Shown piece by piece: positions 38,236 through 50,640 of a stretch of 64,000 nucleotides of DNA. The DNA lies in the NCBI GenBank assembly GCA_029953675.1, contig JAMWBK010000007.1, positions 62,001 to 126,000 of the forward strand, read 5' to 3'. Position 1 is the stretch's first letter, and each line of letters starts with the position of its first letter. The notes under the pieces were generated by a model. That model searched no databases. It worked only from the letters and a program-made list of their open reading frames with translations, and had not been told where the DNA came from. A program made the position numbers and the translations under genes. This DNA comes from Rhodosorus marinus CCMP1338. Taxonomy: Eukaryota; Plantae; Rhodophyta.

Positions 38236-38496
38236 ATTTGGCTCTGTTCATAGCGTTTTACGCTTTTTACACTTTTTTACTTGTGTTTAGCACTGGTTTT
38301 TCTTTTCCATGGGATAACCCTCCAGGTGGTAGTGCCGCCCCCTTGGCTGGTAGGTAGTGCCGAATAGAGGCTACGGAGTTGAGGGGGAGCTAGTGGGGAG
38401 CGGAGTGTGAGTTGGTGACCTGAACCGCTATCAGCCTATGCTCTTCACGCTTCACAACTACAAAGTCAGTTTTTAATACAATCCAAAAGCCTTATT

Positions 38497-40751
38497 TCAC
38501 TGGACCCAACTGGATGCGGTAGCGGCAACGTTTCTGACGATGGATGGGGGATCGCTGTACAGCATCGATCCTAAAGGTTCCGCAATTCCGAGTCTGTATA
38601 GGGTTCGTGGTATGAACAGGAGCAAGTTCCCTAGGATCGGATGGACGGTCTCAGTGAAGGTGGACGCGAGGACGTCGTCTACAACAATAGTCTCTTCCAG
38701 CGTATGCGGATTGTAGAGCCCTTGTCGAGTGACCCGTGTGAGTTTCTTCACCACCACAATCTCTCCGTCACCCAGTCGTACCCGATCTCCCTCAACAACC
38801 AGGCGTGCCGGCTTCACTCCGCCGTCTACAATGAGGTAGTGACTTGGAGATAGCTCAATCGTGGCCTTCCCGACTTCCACCTTGATAAACTCAGTCACGA
38901 TCTCCGCGTCTCTATGACCAAAGGCATAGACATCACTGTATGATCCGTTAGACACCAGTACGCGGTCCCCAGCCTTCAACTCGCTCATCGTCTTGTTGGA
39001 ATTGTCCTCAAGTTCAACCCTAGCGGCGCCTGGGAAGCATGCGGCGACCACGGGAATAGGGGGTGGATTGGAGACGTCTGGTGATTCACTCGGAGACGGT
39101 TCGGGTATTTCTGTGAAGAAGATCGGTTCGGTGGGCGTCGGAGTTCCCTCCGGAGCCGCCGTTGCCGTCTCAGCTGCCTCTGGCGTGCTTGTCGCGGTTT
39201 CTTCTGGGGCGCTTGTCGCCGTCTCCTCCGGCGCGCTCGTCGCCGTCTCTTCTGGTACGCTCGTCACCGTGACTTCTGGTACGCTCGTCACCGTGACTTC
39301 TGGTACGCTCGTCGCCGTCTCTTCTGGTATGCTCGTCGCCGTCTCCTCCGGTACGCTTGTTGCCGTCACCTCTGGTACGCTTGTTGCCGTCACCTCTGGT
39401 ACGCTCGTCGCCGTCTCCACTGGTACGCTCGTCGCCGTCTCCACTGGTACGCTCGTAGCTGTCTCCCCTGGTGCGCTCGTCGCTGTCTCCTCTGGTACCC
39501 TTGTCGCCGTCTCCTCTGGTACCCTTGTCGCCGTCTCCTCTGGTACCCTTGTTGGTGTCCCCTCTGGTACCCTTGTTGGTGTCCCCTCTGCAGGTTCTGT
39601 TGACGTGGAATCTGTCGAAGGAAGCGCGGATGGCGTTGGCAGAGTTGTTGGTGGAGTTGCTGGCGGAGGTGTTGGCGGAGGTGTTGGCGGAGGTGTTGGC
39701 AGAGGTGTTGGCGGAGATGTTGGCGGAGATGTTGGCGGAGGTGTTGGTGGTGCTGGCGACGGCGTTGGTGGGGGCCGCGATGGTGTTGGTGGTGCTGGCG
39801 ATGGTGTCGGTTGAAGCGTATCTGATACCTCGGGAATCAAACTCTGAAGCCAAATTCTATTGGTTTCGTGGTACATGTTCGCGTACACATCCTCTCCACT
39901 TCCATCACATCCTAGTTAGCCAACAACGAGGTACGTAAGCCACAGACTTGTGCGACCGGTGCTCAGCGAATATACTTACCAATGCCTCCAGTAAACTTTC
40001 CAAAGCTTAAGATTCCAATAGCTCGGTCATCTCGGGGCGTCTCTCCCTCCATGATCAGCGGACTGCCGCTGTCCCCATAACAAGTGACGGTGTTCAGCTC
40101 AGTGTTCATCGACGACGAGCAGATCAGCGTGGATGGGTCCTGAACCGGTATGAACCGAGGAAGTTCCCGCAGGAACTGACAGTTTTCCCATGAAATCGAC
40201 TGGGAATCGTAGCGGCGTAGCTTCCCGTCAACCTCCAGATGCTGCAAGCCAGTGTTGTTGTCGACGCCAAAGCCTATGGAGGTGGTTTGACCGCCGTATT
40301 CTGGTTCATCGTAACTGATTCGCAGGGCTGGAACGTCAAAGATCTGCTCGAAGAGTCTGAGAACCGCCAGATCAGATGCTACGTTCTCGTCGCGATTGAA
40401 TCCCGGATGCACGTGGACTGCGTGGACAGGCGAACAGAACCCCGGGTTGACGTTCTTGACCACTGTCCCAGCGCACGCTTGGACCTCATCGAGAGAAGTA
40501 AAATCCGCACAGTGAGCGACGGTCAAGACCGTGTCGGGACCCACGAGAACACCTGAGCATTTTACAAATCCGGATTCTGATATGTAAACCATGTACGGAT
40601 ACCTCGAGGCATCAGTCACCACGTCCCCGTCAATGATTCTCTGAGCCGTTTTGGTCCGCACTCGCTCTACAGGAAGCCCATAAACATGAGTAACAGTTAG
40701 TAAAATATACAGCAAAGCAGCCGCACCGCTGCTCGTCAAATAATGCCTCAT
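38497..40751 (-). CDS. Secreted S1 serine protease + Pro/Thr/Glu mucin-like stalk + Hedgehog-type Hint domain, two exons (40751-39980, 39911-38497), 728 aa
   Basis: Signal peptide MRHYLT..., activation site QR|IIDG, and triad motifs TVAHC, SDLAVLRL, GDSGSP. A 68-nt GTAAGT...CTAG intron joins in frame to GCDGSGEDVYANM. Hint motifs are ACFPG, ELKAGDRV, LSPSHYL and GLYNPHTLEETIVVDDVLAS. Confidence 0.85.
39180..39590 (-). repeat. Coding minisatellite: 17 units of 24 bp (consensus PEETATSV)
   Basis: Counted in the translation from AEGTPTRV to PEETATST; preceded by (CCTCCGCCAACA)-type PTPP repeats. Confidence 0.92.
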
Positions 40752-40753
40752 GG

Positions 40754-40756
<3 letters not shown>

Positions 40757-40785
<29 letters not shown>
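40757..40785. repeat. (CT)n/(AG)n microsatellite just upstream of the protease start codon
   Basis: Run of TC dinucleotides. Confidence 0.95.
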
Positions 40786-41177
40786 CGAAGACAAATCACT
40801 TTTCTGTTCTCTTGGGACCTCCCATGATCAATACCACAACTAAAAACTTCACTTCAAAACCAGACCGTACCTCAGCAGAAGCGTCCGAGCAATATCACTG
40901 CCTTTGAACGCCCTGTCCTTATATCCCACTACGTCGCACCGTGAGCAACCCAGTTTCCCTCTACACTCAAGATCCCAACCGTATCGAAACTTGTCATCAT
41001 TTCATCCTACAGAAAGCACAGCACGTTATGCTGTCAAAATGTGTCTCCTCAATACTCCTGTGTCCCAAGAGCACAGCCCATCCCCAACACCACACCCCCA
41101 ATTCTATCCCTGAGCTAGTATCTCGAAAAAACAGATCGAAAAACTACAGAAAACAAATTATACCCAATATCAGGAGA

Positions 41178-41671
41178 TACGTGAGAAACCTTTACCCGTC
41201 GCGGACTTTCAAAATGATGAACGCCGTGTAGCCGACCTGGTGATAACCTGTGACGACAGCCGCCGTACCACATACGTTGATCTTGCTGTTCCCAACCCTC
41301 AAGCTAGTCGTTATCTCCCGGCTGCGGGGGAGCGCCGTGGATCTGCCGCCGCCAGCATGAGACGCCGCAAAGAGATCAAATACGCGGGGGCTTTGTCTTC
41401 CCCTGGTGTTCGTGCTTCGGCACTAGCACATCGCTTGGTACCCCTGATCATTGAGTGCTTTGGGTTCATGGACTCTGTTGGTTCTCGCTGGCTTCGGGAG
41501 TTGTTCCGCGAACGCCCTGACCGTCTTCAATCGTTGTTTACCCGCTTAAGTTTCCTGCTGTGGCGCATGAATGCCGCTTTGATGTTGGAGGCGCGAGTAC
41601 TTCGCCGCGCTTAGTCTTTTTTTCCCCTCGGGGTTTTTTTTTTTTTCAGCCTCCGATTAAACCATTCATTC
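41178..41671 (+). mobile_element. 5'-truncated young family B copy
   Basis: Near-identical to the B 3' end. Flanked by ATATCAGGAGA at 41167-41177 and 41672-41682; tail is CCATTCATTC. Confidence 0.93.
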
Positions 41672-42077
41672 ATATCAGGAGAAGAGACCCCATTGTCACG
41701 ACATATTCATCAGGTTTTCCTCATCGAACGCCTTTCACGTGTACTTACTTTGTACCCATTTTTTTGCAGACGAACTTGTTCAGTTAGAGAAGGCCTACCC
41801 CAGCGCGCGACTTCAGAACTGTTACCAGCTCTTCTCGTTCCTACGCATCAATTTGAGCGAGCGCCCTCCCTCTAACTGTCGTTCGCTGTAGCTAGGATTT
41901 GCCGTCCTGTCGTGAACGCCTTTCTACCCGATAAATAATCCAAAACAAAATATCAGTTTAGCTCATTTAAGTAAAATAGTGAACTATATTAGGTATCTCG
42001 ACTCAAAAATATACTGTATCCTTAATTTATATTAAGTAAAACTATCTATTTAGAGACTATCCTTATGTAATAGGCAC

Positions 42078-43080
42078 AGTGTAATAGACGCAGTGGTTGC
42101 CGCAGAAGAAGAAGTTCCAGTTGATCCTCCTGATGATTCCCAGCGCGCTGGGAGCCGAGCTCAAGCACGCACGGATGCGCTGCAAAATATCCTTTCTTGG
42201 GACTTGCACCGTGCTGCATATGGCCGACTCCTCGCGCAGATGGTCTCATCTTCTCGCGCTCGCGCCCGCCTACGTAGTCTTGGAGGGGTTCTTAGCTCTC
42301 AGTGGCTCATGACCGTACCAGCCTTTCCGCCACTCACACTGTCGGATTTCGAAGTGCGTACTTCACTGCGCTTATACCTCGGCTTACATCAGCCCCCTTG
42401 GCCGTACGAGATGGGTTCGTCGTGCCCTCTCTGCTCTCAGACTGAAGACAACGCAGATTTTGGCGCCCACCTGCTCGCTAGTTGCCCGGCGGTGAAAGGT
42501 GCTCGAACCCGCCGCCACACACGGATCTTGAACCTGTTATACCGGGAACTTCGGCCTATAGTCCGGCAAGCCGGTCTGGAAATCGAACGTGAGAAACCTT
42601 TACCCGTCGCGGACTTTCAAAATGATGAACGCCGTGTAGCCGACCTGGTGATCACCTGTGACGACAGCCGCCGTACCACATACGTTGATCTTGCTGTTCC
42701 TAACCCTCAAGCTAGTCGTTATCTCCCGGCTGCGGGGGAGCGCCGTGGATCTGCCGCCGCCAGCATGAGACGCCGCAAAGAGATCAAATACGCGGGGGCT
42801 TTGTCTTCCCCTGGTGTTCGTGCTTCGGCACTAGCACATCGCTTGGTACCCCTGATCATTGAGTGCTTTGGGTTCATGGACTCTGTTGGTTCTCGCTGGC
42901 TTCGGGAGTTGTTCCGCGAACGCCCTGACCGTCTTCAATCGTTGTTTACCCGCTTAAGTTTCCTGCTGTGGCGCATGAATGCCGCTTTGATGTTGGAGGC
43001 GCGAGTACTTCGCCGCGCTTAGTTTTTTTTCCCCTCGGGGTTTTTTTTTTCAGCCTCCGATTAAACCATTCATTCATTCA
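42078..43080 (+). mobile_element. 5'-truncated young family B copy
   Basis: Near-identical to about 33375-34360. Flanked by TATGTAATAGGCAC at 42064-42077 and 43081-43094; tail is CCATTCATTCATTCA. Confidence 0.93.
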
Positions 43081-43144
43081 TATGTAATAGGCACTAGCTG
43101 GTCTGGTCAGATTCCTAATTAGGAATATATTGCGTGAATTTATA

Positions 43145-44290
43145 TGAACGAAAAAAACCCCGAGCGGAAAAAAAAGACTAGGCGCGGCGAACATTGCTCT
43201 CCTCCAACATCAAAGCAGCGCGTTCGTACGCCACAGCAAGAAACTTAAACGGGTAAACAACGAATGTGTTGAAAGAATTTATTTAATCGGAGGCTGAAAG
43301 AAAAAAAAACCGAGGGGAAAATAAAGACTAACCACGGCGAATCTCGCGCCCCTCGCCTGCAACATTAAAGCAGCGTTCGTGTGCCACAGCAAGAAACTTA
43401 AAACGGGTAAACAACGAGGACAGACGGTCTGGGCGTTCGCGGCACAATTCCCGAAGCCAACGAGAACCAACGGAATCCATAAACCCAAACCCCTCAATGA
43501 CCAGAGCTACCAGGCGATGAGCTAGAGCCGAAGCACGAATGCCTGGGAGAGACAAGGCCCCGGCATATTTCAACTCTTGGCGACGTCTCATACAGGCAGC
43601 GGCAAGTCCACGGCGCTCTCCCGCAGCCGGCAAATAGCGACTAGTCTGAGGATTAGGAACAACAAGATCAACGTACGTCGTACGGCGGTTATCGTCACAG
43701 ATCGCGCGGCGCTCATCGTTCTGGTGGTCTGCGACAAGAAGCGCTTCTCACGTTCAATTTCAAGAACGGCTTGCCGTACGATAGGTCGAAGTTCGCGGTA
43801 TAAGAGGTTCAAGATCAGGGTATGTCGTTGGGTTCGGGCGGCTATCGCAGCGGGGCATCTGGCGAGCAGGTGGACGCCAATATCCGCGGTATCTTCGTTC
43901 GTGAGGCTATAGAGGGCACGGCGAACCCATCTCGGAAGGCCACGGCGGCTGATACAAACCAAGGTATAAACGCCTAGAAGTGTGCACTTCGAAATCTGTG
44001 AGTGTGAGTGGCGGAAAGTCGGGGACGCTCATGAGCCACTGAGGTCTAATACACCCTCCAAGACTACACAGGAGGGAGCGATCCCGGGAAGATGAGACCA
44101 TCTGCGCGAGAGGTCGGCCGTAGGCAGCACGGTGCAAGTCCCAAGAGAGGATGTTTTGCAGTGCATCCGAGCGTGCGGAGACGCGACACCCAGATCCCGG
44201 TCTATCATCAGAAGGATCACGAGGTACCTCTGTTTCCCCAGCAACCACAGGATCAAGCGCGGCGCGTACAAGACCGGTGAGCCCTAGGCC
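43145..44290 (-). mobile_element. Two stacked, diverged family B 3' fragments
   Basis: Translations include DALQNILSWDLHRAAYGR, HLLARCPA, RTQRHTLILNLLYRELRP and LVIEGFGFMDSVGSRWLRE. Two separate 3' UTR copies occur at about 43150 and 43290. Confidence 0.88.
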
Positions 44291-45526
44291 AAGTGGCTTG
44301 AATTTATTTGTCTGCATGGATTTACGAAAAACGATACTTGTTCCAATGATGTATTCTGTTCACTGAAATCAGTCAATATAAACCTCCAATAAATTTGGAT
44401 ATGCTGCTGATACTCGTCAAAAACAATTGTTTTCGATCTCAATATTCCCTTTTTGCCCAGTAGTCCAATCATATCGTTTAAAATACTACGTCTTTGAATA
44501 TGGCTCTTTAATTTTCAATGCTGGCCGGTAAAGTTAAAAGTTTTATGAATAGATCCCTTGCTGACACTTGAGATCCCGGGCGATGGGCGCTCAGTTTCTC
44601 AAAGGGATTGCGCCGAGCAGAACTGTTGATGGAAGGGGAAGGGTTGAGTGCAGCGCAAGCAGCTGTTAGTGATGAGGGTTTGTCCGGTCTAAAATAAGGG
44701 TAGTAGCTGGTTATGTTTTCCTGACTCAGGTATTACCGTGCCTGACGCGCTGAAAGCTGTTGACAGTGTGTGCTTGTGATTTTTATTGGGTACCAGGCTA
44801 GGAGCCAACTTGGCGGAAACTTGGATGATGTTGGAAGACTGAGCCTCATTCTAAGAGTCGCCCCTGAATTTTCTTCAACCCTGATTAAGCATGCTGGTGA
44901 TTTTAAACTGCGTCTATTGATTTGCTAGAAGACATGACGGCAACGTAAACTTGACAAGCAGATGTGCAATGGGATAGCCCAATCAATGAGAGTCTACGAC
45001 TTCGGCAAGCAAGGAAAAAGGCCTCCTGGCTGTTGAGCTGCGGCTTTTTCCGTCTCCCGTTACTTGCAGTAAAAATCTTTGACGTAGATGTGAAGTCCGA
45101 GTTAATCAATTTTTCTATTATCTGCAGCCGGCGTTGCAGCCCTACCTCCGTGCCGTCTTCTCAGGATTATTGCAGACGTTTTTGAAAGGACGTGCTTGTA
45201 CGAGGTCCTGAGTATCTATTGTCATTGAATTAGGACATCCGAACCCTAAAAATTCGGGCTAAGCTTTCCTGCACAGCAGTTTGGAAATTCATCGCGAAAA
45301 GGCTCAACTCCGTCAAGTATTGGGCAAGAGTGTGGACTCAGTCGGAGGCGTCATACCACAGTCTCGTTCTGTCTATCCCAAGGTCACTTGTTCTCGCTGC
45401 ACTTCCGCCCCGCAAGAGAACACTGAGTGATACTATAAAACCCAGCGCGTCCTGGTTCCTGTTGTGCACAGATTGTCAACTCAACGTAGACACCATATGC
45501 AGAACATACAGTACATGAGCACAGAG

Positions 45527-47588
45527 ATGGGGAGAACGATTGGAGTTGTCTTAGCGTTGATACTACTTGTGACCTCGGGCAGGGGTGCTATTCTTAGAGA
45601 TTCATCTAAGCGGTGGCCCGTTGGAACGCCCATTGCGTTCGCCTTCGAAGGGTTTGTGGCACCCGGAGTTCGAGACGCAGTAACCAGGGCTTTGGAGGAG
45701 TACAGTGCAAAGACCTGTCTGGAATTCAAGCCTGCGGTGCGGGGCGTGGACCGTACTACAATAAGTTTTTCTTCGGATCACCTTGACCGATGTTACCAAA
45801 GCACTAGCGGGTTCCTTGGTGATGGGCACGATCATCCTATCTACATCCATCCCGACTGCCCCGGGGGGATAGACCTCTTCACCCAAGCTCTTCACGAGAC
45901 CGGTCGTGCACTGGGCCTTATCGACTTGCAAAGACGTCCAGACAGAGGACAGTTCTTGTCCGTAAAGAGAAGCAGAGTGCGAAACAACCCAGCAGAAAGG
46001 GAGATGTTTGAGAGGATGGAGTGGGAGGAGGTCAGCCTAGAAGGCGTCGAAGACTTCACATTGAGTTCTGTAATGCTTTACGGTGAATTCTTCCTCTCCC
46101 AGAATGGAGGGAGGACCATGTTCCCTAGGAAACCCGGCGCCACATTGAAATCCAGGAAATTCAAGCTCGGAAGGGGAGATATCACCGTCCTCAACAGAGC
46201 TTACAATTGTCCCGGACCGGCTACTCCCGGGAGGCTCACCCTCGACCTCGTGAAGAAAACCAATCTGCATCCTCCAGAGGTCATCGAGGTCATCGCCGAG
46301 GCCGTGGACACAGATGGATTGAGTACAGTTCAAACTTTGTTACTGTTCAACACTGGAAGCAGGGACATTGTAGACGCCTCCCTTGACTTTGGCAACGGCA
46401 GCTTCCAGTACGTCCGGATACAAGCGCGCAATGCCGCGGGGATCCAGACAGAAAAAATTCTTCTTTCGATGCTGGTTCCAGTTGTGGAAGGAAGAACGAA
46501 TAAGAAACTATGCGAGGAACCGAAGAAGTGTGCTAAAAACATCCGATTTCGTTTGAACCATGTGGAACCCTCTTCGACGGCAGTTTGTAACCAGAACGCC
46601 TGCGAGAATGATGGGATTTGTGACGCAACCGGAGGGGATTCAGTCATCTGCATCTGCAAGAGGGGCTTCGCCGGCAACAGATGCCAGCACCGGTATGGAG
46701 AGCTCAATGTCGTCGTTCTCAGAGGACAGAACCTTTTCAACCGAGATTCTGGAGCAGATGGGCTGAGCGACCCGTTCGTCAACTTCACCGCGCGGAATGC
46801 TGCAGGCAAGACCCCAACCAAACCGAGCCTTGTCAAAGTTAATACTCTAAATCCCGACTGGAAGCAGCAGCGTCTCAATTTCGGAAGTAGTACTTGGGTC
46901 GAACTCGACGCTCAAGTGTTGGACTTTTCTTCTTGGAAACGCCGCGGAACCGCTAACCCCAATCCGAACAAAGGACCTCCACGCGCCGAGCTTTGCCCTA
47001 CGTGCATCTGCCACAGCTCTGAGGGTACCGGTTTCCGATCGGCAGACCAAGTCGAGCTCCTTCCTCGTCTGTGGGGCGGGTTTTGATCCTCAATGCAGTG
47101 TAAGAGCTCATCTCAGAACTGAGTTCCGCCCGCTCAATGCACCGGTGAACTGCCCAATCGGACGAACGGGAGCCTTTTGTGAACTAGTCTTTGCATCTCT
47201 CGAGATCAAGGTGGTCCGAATGGTCAGACCCGGCGTCTCAATCTCTGCAAGTCGAATCGAGATCTCTACTGAGAACGAGAGCTGCGTTAAAAAGGTTGAA
47301 CGCACAAGCGCAAAATCAGGCTTTGGAGAGGTGAATTGGAACGAATCCGTCTCGTTTGGAAACGATGCGTTCAAATCGGTTGTCTTGAAGGAAATCTCAT
47401 CCCCGGCATTTCCCCGAGTCGGCTTGATTTTGCTACCAACATCGTCAGGATCAGCACCCATCAAACGCAGGGTCTGTCGGAACACGGTTCCCTGTGACGA
47501 GTTCATAGACCTGGAGGTAACCAATCAGTTAGCACCCGCGCCGGGGATCCATGACATCACAAATACAGAATTTTTGTGTCCAAGTTGA
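45527..47588 (+). CDS. Secreted astacin-like (M12A fold, Zn ligands lost) + EGF + C2 + EGF-like + C2-like protein; one +1 frameshift near 46930
   Basis: Signal peptide MGRTIGVVLALILLV, astacin-like RWP..I.F and KTCLEF, HETGRALGLIDLQRRPDR, SSVMLYG Met-turn, EGF CNQNAC..C..C.C..GFAGNRC, and C2 LSDPFV..NTLNPDW. The frame after TTTTCTTCTT stays open to the stop at 47588. Confidence 0.75.
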
Positions 47589-48774
47589 GACGCCAAAGTG
47601 AAAATAAAATTGTTCCGGAGACTTAAAATTCTTCTTCAACTCGGGTGTGAGGATGTTTCCGAAGCACTAACGACGGCGACACAGAGATGCCCTTTGTGCA
47701 AATGACTAGATTGTATCTGCGGGCGACTAAAAACTAACAAGGTATAAAAAAAAACCCAACCTCGCAGCGCCTGCAGACAGACTCCAATCACACAAGTCGG
47801 CGCTTGCGTCTCCGGTTTTTGTAATTTACATGGCAGGCTTGGGGCCTTGGTCTATACACAACCACTCCGCACAAGATCTGATCTGTAGCAGAACCTTCGA
47901 TTACGCCTTAAAAACTTACGACTACTTAGTCGAGCTGGATAGGATGCGAGCGAGTACACTGAGTACAGTCATGATGATGAGCATAGTCTCAATGAGATTC
48001 ATAAATAAGCAAAGTGGAATTCAATAGATAAAATCAGGATCGGATGGAGTACAGTAGGTAAAGTGTCAATAAGATCCACTACCAGCGCTGGTAGGAGTAC
48101 AGTCTCAATAAGATCTCCGTTACCCACAAAGTATTCTCAGCCGCGCGGAAGTTCATTGAGCTTTTTTGACTTTGCCTCAAAAATTGACAATGTTACCGTC
48201 AACAAACAACAATAATAAAAACCCCTTTTTTGTTCCGTACCATCAAATCACGGCAATATCCCCCTATAATTGATATAATTAATTCGTATTTTTATTCAAT
48301 ATATCCAAATAAAATCTGCAATATACCAGTAATATCGAAAGTACGCCCAAAAGTTGAATATAATTGGCTTTTAATTCAATCAATTCCTGGAGAAAGAATT
48401 TTTTGAAGATTATCTCCTTTCTGAAATGAAAACGGGTAATACAATCCTTGCGAAGAACTTTGGAGAAAGCAGGCCCGTCTCTCCGATTCCATTGATTCGA
48501 GTACTTTAGTCCAGGACAAGCAAACCTCCCCCCTTCCACCCTACCCCCTCCCCCAACCCCTGCCGAATGAACGAAGAGAGTTGTCGCTTCTGAGTCTCAT
48601 GGAAGCAGGCCTCAAGAAAACGCGGGTGAACTCCGCCAAAGTTGCCAGCCCATTTGTGACTCCCTTTCCACTGTGCTTAGGACACCGGTGGTTAGTTTTC
48701 CAGTAAACCAAAAGGGCTAATATAAACAGGGAAGAGGTTGTAAGCGCCGGCATCCAATAAATCGACAAGATGAA

Positions 48775-48830
48775 TGAATGTGGTTAATCGGAGACTGAAC
48801 GAAAAAAAAACCCGAGGAAAAAGAAAAGGC
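48775..48830 (-). mobile_element. Isolated degenerate family B tail
   Basis: GAATGAATG..TTAATCGGAGACTGAA..AAAAAAAACCCGAGG resembles the reverse-complemented B 3' end. Confidence 0.65.
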
Positions 48831-49241
48831 TCGAATGTGACCGCCATCCTCATTAAACCAGTCCACATATTTCACCAGTGCCACATACGTTTTTCATATT
48901 TTCATATTTTATGGGTTCAATCTCGACGTGGAAGAGAAGGGGGGAATCTTACAGATATGAAAGTGACCGCCAGTCAGTCTTGACACCAAAAAGTTTTTTG
49001 AAAACCACCACCATTGCCTTTACAGAAAGCGCTTTTGTCGCCGACAACTTGCACTGGAAGTCAGATGTGTGAATTAAACAAAGGTCACGATGGAAGCGGA
49101 TTGCAACTGTCGGGGACAGGTACCTGCTGCTAGCTATACAATCTTTCAGGATGGTGTCTTAGAACGAACTAGAGGGTGGGGAGTAATCCGCCAAGGCTTC
49201 TCGGCTGCTGCACAATCGGATCAACCATCAGAATGTGACGA

Positions 49242-49317
49242 ACGGGAACGATTCCTCAAGCGTTTGAACACGTTGATTGACGGGAACGATTCCTCAAGCG
49301 TTTGAACACGTTGATTG
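49242..49317. repeat. Exact 38-bp tandem duplication
   Basis: ACGGGAACGATTCCTCAAGCGTTTGAACACGTTGATTG occurs twice. Confidence 0.95.
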
Positions 49318-50124
49318 ATGGCATTCCACAAACGCAATCACGGCCAACGTCTGCGGGTTTCTATCTTTAGCAGACCTAATTTCGCAAGACTCGACTGTTT
49401 TCCATCCCGAGAAAATGTGGGTATGTCCCACACCCATGAAAAACGTTTAAAATTCCCCGATTCGTTCAGTCGATGTGTGTTGAAATCGACCCAGAAACTG
49501 ATTTTCTCTTGCTGGCAACAAATCGCGACGTCGCCTCATTCCCTTTCCTCAGAGCAAAAACTTCTGCTTCATCTGGTGACCCACACCAAAAAATTCCAAA
49601 GCAAACAGTCGAAAATCCCTATCACTGCTCGAAAACGAAAAGAGAAATTAAATTCCCAGTTTGGTACACCTCAAAAGGCAAAATATATCCCAAACCGTCA
49701 TCACCACTCTTCCAAACGACTCATCGAAAGCAGGCAAAACCCGGTGCCTCAAACAATCACCTTCGAACACAGTTATTGCACTCCGCAACGTCAAAAAAGG
49801 TATAAAGCCTTAAGGAGGGAGATGCTTGCATTGAGTCTCACTCCTTTTCCGTAGGAGCAAAAAACTAGAGGGTCCACGCAAGCAGCCCTGCCAGCCTGAA
49901 CGTCTATCAAAAACACGGAAACATGCTGGGTGCGCTCTACACGTTTCCATTCGGGCAATTCCATCATGAAAAGTAGCCCCAAAGTGATGATGATCTGTTT
50001 ATTCAGAGCTGAACTACTACCCTGCGAAGCGAGAAACAAGACACTGATGACGCGCGTTCAACAACAAAGCATAGCGTTGGAACACCACAAGGTCAAAGTA
50101 GAGTTGTCATGTTCCGTCTAATAA

Positions 50125-50640
50125 CGGTTATCGGGCGGTACCCGTGGATAGACTATTGAAACACAGTATAAAATCAGAAGATGACCGATTGCCCGTCCGA
50201 TAAACACATGTCCGATAAACCGTTCGATATTCAATCAAAATTAGTCTAATGATCAATCATCTCCAGTCCAGGTATTGAATCATGATTACTTCTTGGTATG
50301 ACAAGCTCTCTCGACCATATCGTGAATCATGATTACTTCTCAGCATGACAGACTGTCATAGCATTTGTTGATCAAGCCAAAAAAACCGCCTTTGGGATCC
50401 ACTGAAACGTAATAGTCGAGTCGGCAAACGACCATGCACCGAAAAAGATGAAAAAATCATTGAAAACTATCGGACGCAATCGGTCGTTATCGGACCATTT
50501 ATCGGACGAAGGTTGTTTTGTCTTTTATCTTCAGGTCCGATAAACTCATATCGGACGGGGGTCAAAAGAAGATACCTTTTATTATTTCTAGATACTGGTC
50601 CGATAAATGTTTACCCGACGCAAGCGGACGGAGATGACAA
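50125..50640. repeat. Non-coding repeat (MITE-like or conserved upstream block), copy 1
   Basis: Shares GATAGACTATTGA, GATATTCAATCAA, TTAGTCTAAT.ATCAATCATCTCC, doubled GAATCATGATTACTTCT and GGTCGTTATCGGACCATTTATC with 54050-54640. Contains many GTCCGATAAA/TTTATCGGAC motifs in both orientations. Confidence 0.8.

Noticed and set aside
38497-39060. Hint domain as a mobile intein
   Set aside because: It has no C-terminal His-Asn/C-extein or homing endonuclease; it is C-terminal and Hedgehog-like.
38993-39938. Long ORFs 38993..39814 (+), 39170..39853 (-) and 39471..39938 (+)
   Set aside because: They are shadow frames of the 24-bp and 12-bp coding repeats in the protease-Hint stalk.
49242-49317. 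38-bp direct repeat as a possible CRISPR repeat
   Set aside because: Only two units, directly adjacent, with no spacer and no cas genes.
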